Source: a virus | Strand: one strand, 5' to 3' | IMG/VR virus record: IMGVR_UViG_3300028833_003500 | Coordinates: 1 to 20,319 of that record | DNA length: 20,319 nucleotides | Shown: positions 7,891-15,958 of the stretch, piece after piece | How the letters are laid out: each line of letters starts with the position of its first letter | How positions within the stretch are numbered: the stretch's first letter is position 1 | Notes under the pieces: generated by a model | What the model was told of the DNA's origin: nothing | Seen by the model: the letters and a program-made list of their open reading frames with translations, nothing else | The model's database searches: none | Position numbers and translations under genes: made by a program

Positions 7891-10800
7891 TTAATTTGTT
7901 CTTGTTCTAAAGCCAACATATGGTTTAATACCGCCAAATTTATCCATTGAACCGGCGTTTGCAAAATTATAATATGGTCTGGTAAAATCAAGTGTTGTTA
8001 TATTTTCTAAACCTAGCCATGGTTTTGGATTACCAATATCTACGGTTGTATTCGAACCCATGCCTAAACCAAGAACATTGTGCCAAGTTCCGCCATGGTT
8101 ATTAAGTTTATCAATTCTTATACATACATAATATAATTGTTCAGGATACATTGTACCTAACTCTTCTATTGGGTATAAGTTTCTTGTATTCATTACTACC
8201 TGACCACCAGCTGTCGGAATTAATCCATATTCACTTTCCCATAGCATTTTTGCTTGACCAGCAACACCTTCATAAACAGCAATAGAAACATATTCGTTAG
8301 AATCAGCATTACCGCCATTCATATATGCTTGTGTTAATGGACTAAATTCATATTCTATTGCTGGTCTAAATAAGTATGAATATTGCATACTACCAACCAA
8401 ATTTCCAACAGTATTTAAAGCACCGAATGGGATAGTTTCAGTCATACGACCATTAATAGAATTAACTAACTTATCAAATACTACTGGGTCAATTGGAGTA
8501 TCTGTAGAACCATTTGTAAGTGTAAGCTGATTATTGCTATTTAATGTGAAAATCTGATTATCATAATTAAGACCAATCTTTCTACTATCATTATTGACAG
8601 AAATTGGACTATCACCAATATAATCGTTCATGAGAACACTATTATCATTAGTGCTTACAACTTCTTCAACAATACTTGCTGTAACATTCAAATGAGCAGT
8701 TGCTGGAATTTCGCTACCGCCATAAACAACACAGTATTTTCTTGTTGGAGCAACAGTATGGTCAACTGTAATAGCAATAGTAGCATTGCTAGTTCCGACT
8801 TCTGTTGGGTAGTAATTTTGAGTAGAAACAAGTTCTGTATTGTCAGTAGCACTCAATATGAGCTTATTTAATAAGTAAGCGTGTGTTCCTGGGTTATTAT
8901 TGTCAATGGTTTCATTGATACAGAAAGTAAATTTATTTGTCGTTTCTGGTAATGTAATCAAACCATTTTCATCAACTACAATATTATGATAATTAGTTCC
9001 GTTAAATGGAATTATTGTGCCAGCAGAAACAACACTTGTGCTTCTGTAAGTATCATACATGTATTCCAAATCATTAGCACTTAAACCAACGTCCCATGTA
9101 TTTGTTTCAGCATTATATTCTGCAGAAACACCATTACTTCCAACAATTTCAGCACCAGAAATGAAGTAATAATCCTTATCGTTGTATGTTCCAGACTGTG
9201 CCATTGCATACTTTGCAGAAATATCATAGAATACAGGTTCTGGAATTTCACCCTTCTTTACGTAATCTCTTTCAACTGTTGCTGATAAATCATCGATTGT
9301 TGCAGAAACTTCATCAATAGCACCAAATAATGTTGTACAAACATCTGCAATTTGATCAACGGTATTATCAAATTCATCTTGATCAACTTTTTCGTTAAGT
9401 TCTGTAGACCAATCTTTTGCACTTAATGTAAATGTTGTCTTGTCTTCATCACGAGCTGTTGCAACATGTAATAAAGCTTCATCTTCAGAAACAACATTGT
9501 AAGAACCGCCTAATGTAGCTAGATTAACACCTTGCCACTTAGAACTATCTCCATCCTTGACTAAGAAATATGCTAAACCAGCAGCACTGATAATATCAGA
9601 AGCAGAAGTAACCCAATCACCAGAAGCAATCTGAATAGAACTTACAGAACTGATTGCAGAAAATTGTTCGATTGTTAACTTATCTTGTTTTGCACTGAGT
9701 TCATTTGTCCAGTCATAACCAGAAATACCATAATCATCAGTAATCTTAATATATTCATTAGCTGCAGTATAAGTTGGAACTACTGGAATATCTGTCTTCT
9801 TAGCATATTCACTAGAAACAGTAGCAGATAAATCGTCAAAGTGGTTATCAACTTCTGTTTTTGTATAATACTCAGTTAACTTTGATGCACTGACATATTC
9901 ACCAACAGGCTGGAATGTCTCATTAGCCCAGCTAGAAGTTTCTCTAAATTCTGCATTAACTTCAGACTTAGTATAATAATTGTCTAAGGTAGTTGCACTG
10001 ACATAATTACCAATCGGCTGGAATGTTTCATTAGCCCAAGCAGAAGTTAAATCGAACATTGCACTAACTTCAGTCTTAGTATAATACTTTAATAATTCTG
10101 CAGCTAATTCTTCATCAGTTACATAACCTTGTAAATCAATAGATGCCATACCTACGCAAACAAAGTCATATAAACTTGTTTGTGCATCTTTCTTCCAAAT
10201 CCATTCTCTATAATTATCTTTTTCTTGTAAATCTGAAACTTTAGTTAAATAAATAGTTTTTTCATTTGGAATAGAACCATCTGATAATTTACCATCGATT
10301 AAAACTGGTTTTCCTAAATTTTGTTCATCACCATTTACAATTCTAAAACCGCCAAAATTAGCAAGTAATTCATCAATTTCTTCTTGAGAATAAGTTTCAT
10401 CCTTTTTATAATAATTATCTAAAGATGCACTTGTAAGATAATCACCTTTAACTTGGAATTTACCATTTGCCCAAGCAGAAGTAGCATCAAATTGTGCATT
10501 AACATCTGAAGTTTTTGCATATGGTTCTAATGCATCAGATTTTAAATAACCTTGACCATTTACCCAATTTTGAGTAGTGGAAACAGCTGCAGCAGAAGCT
10601 TCACGTGCATATTCTTTTGTTGCATAATTACTTAAATCTGCTTCTTTCAAATAATGCTGGTTTGTAACCCAAGTAGTTGCAGAATTAACTGCTGCTGCAG
10701 AAGCATCTTTTAATTCATTATGAGAAACTACATCAGCGGTAAGATTAATCTGATGTCCAATAACCTTAATTCCATCTCCGCCATAATAAGCTTCAGCACC

Positions 10801-11178
10801 AGGAATATTATCAAAACGTTCATTGACCCATGCTGCAGAGGCATCAAATTCACGTCTTACATCAGCTGATAAAGCATATGGTTCAAGGTTTACTTGTTTT
10901 AAAAATCCTTGTTCATTAACCCAATTTTTAGAAGCATATGGGTCAAAAACAGATGGATGAATCTGTTGTGCAGAAATACCAGAAGTATTGACCTTAATCT
11001 TGTCATCAGAAATAGCAATAGTATTATCAGCAGGTGTTAATTTATTTTGCTTATTATCTATTACATTTCTTACTTTTTGACTCAATTTTAATGGTGTTCC
11101 GCTAAGACCATTACCTTCAAGGGTATCATCATGTTTTACTGAATTTATAGCAAGTACTTTACCGTTTTTTATAATCAT
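7891..11178 (-). CDS. Long tail fibre-like protein, 1095 aa
   Basis: Multiple shaft repeats (SAAWVN, W(V/A)N..Q, YY.K.EV), KQDKLT/KQNKLT motifs, beta-rich C-terminal region; late-promoter box and AAAGGA RBS upstream. Confidence 0.75.
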   Translation of the reverse strand: MIIKNGKVLAINSVKHDDTLEGNGLSGTPLKLSQKVRNVIDNKQNKLTPADNTIAISDDKIKVNTSGISAQQIHPSVFDPYASKNWVNEQGFLKQVNLEPYALSADVRREFDASAAWVNERFDNIPGAEAYYGGDGIKVIGHQINLTADVVSHNELKDASAAAVNSATTWVTNQHYLKEADLSNYATKEYAREASAAAVSTTQNWVNGQGYLKSDALEPYAKTSDVNAQFDATSAWANGKFQVKGDYLTSASLDNYYKKDETYSQEEIDELLANFGGFRIVNGDEQNLGKPVLIDGKLSDGSIPNEKTIYLTKVSDLQEKDNYREWIWKKDAQTSLYDFVCVGMASIDLQGYVTDEELAAELLKYYTKTEVSAMFDLTSAWANETFQPIGNYVSATTLDNYYTKSEVNAEFRETSSWANETFQPVGEYVSASKLTEYYTKTEVDNHFDDLSATVSSEYAKKTDIPVVPTYTAANEYIKITDDYGISGYDWTNELSAKQDKLTIEQFSAISSVSSIQIASGDWVTSASDIISAAGLAYFLVKDGDSSKWQGVNLATLGGSYNVVSEDEALLHVATARDEDKTTFTLSAKDWSTELNEKVDQDEFDNTVDQIADVCTTLFGAIDEVSATIDDLSATVERDYVKKGEIPEPVFYDISAKYAMAQSGTYNDKDYYFISGAEIVGSNGVSAEYNAETNTWDVGLSANDLEYMYDTYRSTSVVSAGTIIPFNGTNYHNIVVDENGLITLPETTNKFTFCINETIDNNNPGTHAYLLNKLILSATDNTELVSTQNYYPTEVGTSNATIAITVDHTVAPTRKYCVVYGGSEIPATAHLNVTASIVEEVVSTNDNSVLMNDYIGDSPISVNNDSRKIGLNYDNQIFTLNSNNQLTLTNGSTDTPIDPVVFDKLVNSINGRMTETIPFGALNTVGNLVGSMQYSYLFRPAIEYEFSPLTQAYMNGGNADSNEYVSIAVYEGVAGQAKMLWESEYGLIPTAGGQVVMNTRNLYPIEELGTMYPEQLYYVCIRIDKLNNHGGTWHNVLGLGMGSNTTVDIGNPKPWLGLENITTLDFTRPYYNFANAGSMDKFGGIKPYVGFRTRTN
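9841..10086 (-). repeat. 108-bp (36-aa) tandem repeat, about 2.3 copies
   Basis: YYTK(T/S)EV begins at 10086, 9978 and 9870; TS(A/S)WANETFQP(I/V)G.YVSA occurs twice, 108 bp apart. Confidence 0.85.
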
Positions 11179-11202
11179 ATGCAGCTTTCCTTTTTCTATT
11201 AT

Positions 11203-11210
11203 TATTTATA
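11203..11210 (-). promoter_or_regulatory. T4-type late promoter box TATAAATA driving the fibre operon
   Basis: The plus strand reads TATTTATA, 25 nt upstream of the fibre ATG. Confidence 0.65.
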
Positions 11211-11244
11211 ACCCAAAATAATCGGATATATTCCAATTTTATCT

Positions 11245-11252
11245 TATAAATA
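11245..11252 (+). promoter_or_regulatory. T4-type late promoter box TATAAATA driving the three leader-bearing genes
   Basis: Exact match followed by AAGGAG RBS and the ATG at 11272; divergent from the box at 11203-11210. Confidence 0.65.
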
Positions 11253-11271
11253 ATAGTAAGGAGATTAAATT

Positions 11272-11907
11272 ATGAAAAAAATGGCAGAAGCTATTAAAGT
11301 TATTAAAGAAAACGGTTATAAAATCATAAAGGAAGATGTTTATACATCAAATTTCCAGCTTAATCAAAGAATTAAGGAATATTTGGAAAATGATAAGTTC
11401 ATTATTGTTCTTCTCATTGGTATGTATGGACGTCAGGTAGACTTCGAAAAGCGTGGTAGACGCACAGTTTTACGTAATTTTAAAGGTTTTAACCAAACTG
11501 ATGCTGCTTACCTTTCTCCATTAGCAGAAAAAGTTCAGAATGGTCAAGTTTTGACCCCACGTGAACTTGCTTTCGTAAAGTCTTGTTTAAGAAAATACAA
11601 AAATACACAATGGTCTGAAGTTCTTAAGGAACTTGGTTATGTTAGAGAAGAAAAGAAACCAGGACGTAAGATTGAACTTTTCTTCGATGAAATGGAATTT
11701 GCTCCAATTGATGATGATGAAATCGAAACTATAGTTCCAAATTCTGAAGCAGACTATATCGCAAAGGCTTTATCTTTAGCTCAGGAAGATGGTGGTATGC
11801 TCGACGATGAAGATTTACCAAGAGCAAAACAAATCGCTGCTGACCTTTATAATCAAGGTCTTATTGCACCACAAGACGCTGCAGATAGAATTAACGAAGA
11901 ACTCTAA
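11272..11907 (+). CDS. Leader-bearing protein 1 (putative internal head protein), 211 aa
   Basis: N-terminal leader EAIKVIKENGYKIIKE; central RQ..E...T...N.KGFNQTDA.YLS..A......LTPRE...LRKY..Q segment resembles a conserved phage domain of unknown function (recalled, not searched); acidic tail. Confidence 0.6.
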   Translation: MKKMAEAIKVIKENGYKIIKEDVYTSNFQLNQRIKEYLENDKFIIVLLIGMYGRQVDFEKRGRRTVLRNFKGFNQTDAAYLSPLAEKVQNGQVLTPRELAFVKSCLRKYKNTQWSEVLKELGYVREEKKPGRKIELFFDEMEFAPIDDDEIETIVPNSEADYIAKALSLAQEDGGMLDDEDLPRAKQIAADLYNQGLIAPQDAADRINEEL

Positions 11908-11925
11908 TATTTAAAGAATACTCCT

Positions 11926-12357
11926 ATGAACTTAAAAGAAGCTATAAAAATTTTAAAAGAAAATCATTACAAAATAAAATCTCCTTTATTAAATGAAGCT
12001 GAAATACGCTTTAATACTGCTGATGATTATCTGGCATATCGTTCTAAACTTATAAATTCTTCTTGGGCACAAAATACCGTCCAAATAGGCTGTCAAAATA
12101 CCATTCTCTCCGAAAAAGAACTAAATGCTACTGGTAAAGACATTGGCGAAATTGTCATTGAACGTTATTGTAAGGATTTTGAATCTAATAAAAAAGATCT
12201 TCAGGAATCTTGGAATTTAGGTTGGGAATCAGAAGACCCAAATCCAATGACTGAAGATACTTTTAAGAAATTAAAGAGTAAAAAAGCAGTTTATGAAGAA
12301 TGTAATGCTATTTACCAAAAAGGTGCAATAATGCATGCATTTTTAAATAATTTTTAA
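11926..12357 (+). CDS. Leader-bearing protein 2 (putative internal head protein), 143 aa
   Basis: N-terminal MNLKEAIKILKENHYKIKSPLLNE; remainder unrecognised. Confidence 0.6.
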   Translation: MNLKEAIKILKENHYKIKSPLLNEAEIRFNTADDYLAYRSKLINSSWAQNTVQIGCQNTILSEKELNATGKDIGEIVIERYCKDFESNKKDLQESWNLGWESEDPNPMTEDTFKKLKSKKAVYEECNAIYQKGAIMHAFLNNF

Positions 12358-12370
12358 TTAAGGTTTTAAA

Positions 12371-12979
12371 ATGAACTTATTAGAAGCAAGAGAAATACTC
12401 AAAAAGAAAGGTTACACTGTTCATAGACTTAACGAATGTGGCGGTTTTAGCGGCGGTTGCGGCGGAAGCAGCAGTTATAGTTCTAGCTGTGGCAGTAGTG
12501 GTTGCGGTTCCAGCTATAGCTCTGGATGTGGTAGTAGCAGTAGTTATGGTGGTGGATGTGGTACAATATCCAGAAGCGTCAGAGTAGGTTGCGGAACTTA
12601 TATTTCTGATAGTTGTCATAGTAGTGGTTGTGGTGGTTATTATTATGACGATGATGAAGATGAAACACCAGAAACTATTATTGTCAAAGGTAAAAGATAT
12701 GAATTTGCTGGATATAATTCATATTATGGTTGTGCAGAATATACTAATTCCAGAACTGGTAAAACTATACTTGATGTAACTAATAATGAAAGACCATCTA
12801 AATTTTCAAAAATTATAAGTCTTGCTCGTAAATTAAGAATTAGTGAAGTAAGAACAGTTGAAATAATTGAAACTTTATATGAATCTGGTATTAGTCGTGA
12901 AATTGCATATAATTTACTTGCTAAATTAAATATGCTACCAGATAAATTACTTAGAATGCCAATAACACATGTTAAATAA
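12371..12979 (+). CDS. Leader-bearing protein 3 with Gly/Ser/Cys-rich repeat region, 202 aa
   Basis: Leader MNLLEAREILKKKGYTVHRLNE, then 9 Cys in residues 23-87 (8 followed by Gly), an acidic DDDEDE linker and a globular C-terminal part; AAGG RBS. Confidence 0.7.
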   Translation: MNLLEAREILKKKGYTVHRLNECGGFSGGCGGSSSYSSSCGSSGCGSSYSSGCGSSSSYGGGCGTISRSVRVGCGTYISDSCHSSGCGGYYYDDDEDETPETIIVKGKRYEFAGYNSYYGCAEYTNSRTGKTILDVTNNERPSKFSKIISLARKLRISEVRTVEIIETLYESGISREIAYNLLAKLNMLPDKLLRMPITHVK

Positions 12980-12995
12980 CTAAGTTTAAATAATA

Positions 12996-13030
12996 TAAAA
13001 AGAGTCAAGAAAACCTTGACTCTTTCTTTT
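12996..13030. terminator. Bidirectional intrinsic terminator
   Basis: AAGAGTCAAG-AAAAC-CTTGACTCTT with flanking A and T runs, between convergent genes. Confidence 0.8.
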
Positions 13031-13230
13031 TAACCACATGTAGTAGGACCACCACATCTCATATAAAATCCACAACTATACGATACCCATTGTGGAGGAT
13101 TTCCAAAATGTGCATTGGCATAGTCATAATAACCACCAGTTCCACATCCTACATATCCACCACAACCAGTAATTTTGAGTTGTTTCATACCTGCGGTTTT
13201 AAGTTTTTGTCTTAATTCAGTTAATGTCAT
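13030..13230 (-). CDS. 66-aa leader + Cys-Gly core peptide (candidate RiPP-like precursor)
   Basis: GAAGGT RBS; ATGA overlap with the radical SAM stop; all five Cys are followed by Gly; the leader aligns without gaps to 12371-12979. Confidence 0.7.
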   Translation of the reverse strand: MTLTELRQKLKTAGMKQLKITGCGGYVGCGTGGYYDYANAHFGNPPQWVSYSCGFYMRCGGPTTCG

Positions 13231-14156
13231 AATATACCTTCTTCACCATTCTTTTTCAATAACCAATCAATATATACTGGATCATTTTCATATTCAGATA
13301 TATCATCTGTCAATGAATAATCACCAAATATCCATCTTTCAAATTCTGTATTTGTTACTAGATCCCAGTCATCATAAACTTGACCGTCAATAGTAATCAA
13401 AATATCATTTACAAATATCTTATTACCATAAACTACTTTAGAATGTTCCAAACCTCTATGATAACTGATTAATGTATCACCGTCCCAGAATCTATCGTCA
13501 TTACAAACCATACAACCACCAGAACTTTCATATTCATATTCAAGAATTAATTTCTCAAATACATCATCTCTGTTCTTTAAAGTATCTTTCGTAATATTCC
13601 TATAATCTGCTCTGATACAGATAGAAACATTTTCTAATGGTCTATAAGGTTCTATAAACTGTTTAAATTCTTCTAGGTTAAATTCCTTAGAAAGAACAAC
13701 ATTCAATTTAATATGTTTCTTAATTAAATGTGCAAAAATATTGATAGGCAAGACATCTTCATAGAATTTCTGATGCATATGTCTTGAAATATTCAAACCG
13801 CCGATTTTATCATTCTTGTTAATAAAATCAATCATTGTCATAATTTTCGCAGTTTCTATAGTTCCAGGAATTTCTGCAAATGTAGGAAATGTCGTATTGA
13901 TATAAACTGGTTTCTTCATAGCATCAATAAGAATCTGACATTTCTCAATATCTGCTAATGGTTCTCCACCTGTTAATACAAATTCTTCAATTAACGGATT
14001 TTCATTAAGTTTTTTGATTTGTGCAAGAATTGCATCAATATCACAAGTTCTTTGTTTATACATCTGCTTAGATGTACAGAACTTGCAATGATTATTACAA
14101 TCCCATGGCACAAAAATCGTGCAACTTAAATTACTTCTCCCTTTAATATATCTCAT
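13227..14156 (-). CDS. Radical SAM enzyme of unknown specificity, 309 aa
   Basis: CxxxCxxC (CNNHCKFC), LTGGEP, YINTT and LNISRH core motifs; an extra CxxC (GGCMVC); C-terminal ILITIDGQVY hairpin. Confidence 0.9.
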   Translation of the reverse strand: MRYIKGRSNLSCTIFVPWDCNNHCKFCTSKQMYKQRTCDIDAILAQIKKLNENPLIEEFVLTGGEPLADIEKCQILIDAMKKPVYINTTFPTFAEIPGTIETAKIMTMIDFINKNDKIGGLNISRHMHQKFYEDVLPINIFAHLIKKHIKLNVVLSKEFNLEEFKQFIEPYRPLENVSICIRADYRNITKDTLKNRDDVFEKLILEYEYESSGGCMVCNDDRFWDGDTLISYHRGLEHSKVVYGNKIFVNDILITIDGQVYDDWDLVTNTEFERWIFGDYSLTDDISEYENDPVYIDWLLKKNGEEGIL

Positions 14157-14159
14157 ATT

Positions 14160-14810
14160 TTATACAAGTTTAATTAATCTATAATACTTATCACTATCGT
14201 AGAATCGATCAGCAATCGCATACTTATTATTTTCTTCATCTTCTGCTAAAACGATTCCACCATCAAACCTACTAGTTCCAGAATATCCAATTAATGCCAT
14301 TGGTGTATCTTCATCAAACTCAGCAACACTCATTTTAATAACACCATTAACAAGATATTCGGTGTTATCAGTTGAAACATTAATAAATGGAGTTGAAAAT
14401 GCGTCAAGTTCTTCTAATTCTTTCTTAAATGCATTGTTAATAAGAATATAATTACCTGCACAACGGCGAGTACTTGTTCTAATAGAATTACATTCCTTCA
14501 TTAAATGAGTTAATAATACGCCACAACGTTCTTCTTTAGAAGCTGCAGACTCTGGATCTTTGTGTATTTCAATAACCTTAGCCACATCCATACATGCATG
14601 AATTACATCTAATTCTTTCTTACTTTCATCACTTGCATCTTTCCAATCTTTTTCATGGATAAGTTGTCTTTCAAGACCCAATGTTAATTCTGGACGGTCA
14701 GCTTCTCTACCATCGAATAACAGTTCTCTTGGAATATATCTTAAAACGGATGCACAGTTTTTAAATAATCCGTCTTTCTTCTGGACTTTAATTAAGTCTT
14801 TAATTGTCAT
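14160..14810 (-). CDS. Truncated gp23-like major capsid protein paralogue A (216 aa from ATG 14810)
   Basis: Segments matching T4 gp23 as recalled: DLIKVQ, LGLERQLI, LLTHLMKECNSIRTSTRRCAGNYILIN, LIGYSGTSRFDGGIV, KYYRLIKL. The start at 14810 has an AAGGT RBS and aligns with the start of paralogue B. Confidence 0.7.
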   Translation of the reverse strand: MTIKDLIKVQKKDGLFKNCASVLRYIPRELLFDGREADRPELTLGLERQLIHEKDWKDASDESKKELDVIHACMDVAKVIEIHKDPESAASKEERCGVLLTHLMKECNSIRTSTRRCAGNYILINNAFKKELEELDAFSTPFINVSTDNTEYLVNGVIKMSVAEFDEDTPMALIGYSGTSRFDGGIVLAEDEENNKYAIADRFYDSDKYYRLIKLV

Positions 14811-15312
14811 TTTGTAACCTTTGTCTTTCATCTCTTGTTAATAGCCTTTGATTTGTGCTTCCCCTAAACTTTAAATTCAAATCTCTCTGTTCAAGAATAA
14901 ATGGTCCGTCAACCAGAATATCAACCATTTCTAATAAAGAAGAAGTTAACCCATTTATATTTTGACACTGACCTTCTAATAAATCTTTTTCATAAATATA
15001 ACCAGTAAATAACCAAACATTTTTACCAGGATATGCACGTTTGAAATTAGCAATGAGCTTATAGATTTCTGCTTGGTTTTCTTTTTCCATTGGTTCTCCA
15101 CCAAGAACTGTCAAACCAGCAATATATGGTTTATTACAAGCTTCAATAATTTCATTTTCTGTAATTTCTGTATATGGTTGACCATAATCAAAATTCCAGG
15201 TTTCTGGATTAAAACACCCTTTACAATGATTTCTACAACCTGAAACAAAAAGTGTTACTCGACAACCGTCACCATCGACAATACTCATTGGATCAATTTT
15301 ACTGTAATTCAT
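14800..15312 (-). CDS. nrdG: Anaerobic ribonucleotide reductase activating enzyme (radical SAM)
   Basis: SIVDGDGCRVTLFVSGCRNHCKGCFNPETW, LTVLGGEP, DILVDGPF, FRGSTNQR. Confidence 0.95.
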   Translation of the reverse strand: MNYSKIDPMSIVDGDGCRVTLFVSGCRNHCKGCFNPETWNFDYGQPYTEITENEIIEACNKPYIAGLTVLGGEPMEKENQAEIYKLIANFKRAYPGKNVWLFTGYIYEKDLLEGQCQNINGLTSSLLEMVDILVDGPFILEQRDLNLKFRGSTNQRLLTRDERQRLQNDN

Positions 15313-15958
15313 CTTTTACCCTTAAAAGTCTATAATAATTCTCTGTTCCTTCCATATCGGTATTAATTGAAAAATGAGTCTCGGTAGGACTAAGTGCTGC
15401 AATAGCACCACATACACACGAATTATTAGAATGATATGCCATAATAGCTTCTGGATAATTTGAATAATCATCAAAGTCCATTTTAAAAGCATCTCTACCG
15501 ACAATTTTTAATACACCTGGAGCAGATTCAGTAATAAATTGACAATTCATAAAACCAGATGTTAAGTCATGTAATAAATCATACATCTTAGTATTCAATA
15601 CAATAATATTACCAAAGCCTTGATGTGTTGCAATAGCAATATCATTACAAAGTTGTATTATCTTAGTAACAATCGTTGATGCACGTTCAATTCCGGAATC
15701 GTGCCAAAAAGGATCATTACCTATTGGGTTTTTCATTTCTGTAACTTTTGCAACCTGCTTACATGCTAAAACGATTTCTTTATATAAGTCTGAAGAATTA
15801 CTACATAAAGGTTGCCAATTTGGCGTATGACCATATTTAGGTTCAAAACTACCATATTCATAACCTTCTCTTATATCAGGTTTATATCGCATTACAGTTG
15901 GTAAACTATGTTCAAAATCAATTCCTCTTTGAACACCGACAAGATCCATTATACTCAT
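15299..15958 (-). CDS. Truncated gp23-like major capsid protein paralogue B, 219 aa
   Basis: MSIMDLVGVQ, IVTKIIQLCNDIAIATHQGFGNIIVLN, APGVL, FDDY and NYYRLLRV match gp23 segments as recalled; clear paralogue of 14160-14810. Confidence 0.7.
   Translation of the reverse strand: MSIMDLVGVQRGIDFEHSLPTVMRYKPDIREGYEYGSFEPKYGHTPNWQPLCSNSSDLYKEIVLACKQVAKVTEMKNPIGNDPFWHDSGIERASTIVTKIIQLCNDIAIATHQGFGNIIVLNTKMYDLLHDLTSGFMNCQFITESAPGVLKIVGRDAFKMDFDDYSNYPEAIMAYHSNNSCVCGAIAALSPTETHFSINTDMEGTENYYRLLRVKDELQ

Noticed and set aside
3449-11178. Diversity-generating retroelement or invertible fibre-tip cassette
   Set aside because: No reverse transcriptase, invertase, adenine-mismatched template/variable repeat pair or inverted recombination sites were seen in the window.
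12380-13008. Antisense Thr/Ala-rich ORF 12380-12619 and ORF 12724-13008
   Set aside because: Mirror of the Gly/Ser/Cys codons of the plus-strand gene.
13221-13230. Selenocysteine or read-through at the radical SAM TGA
   Set aside because: Read-through adds only one further sense codon before TAA; the TGA is explained by the ATGA overlap.
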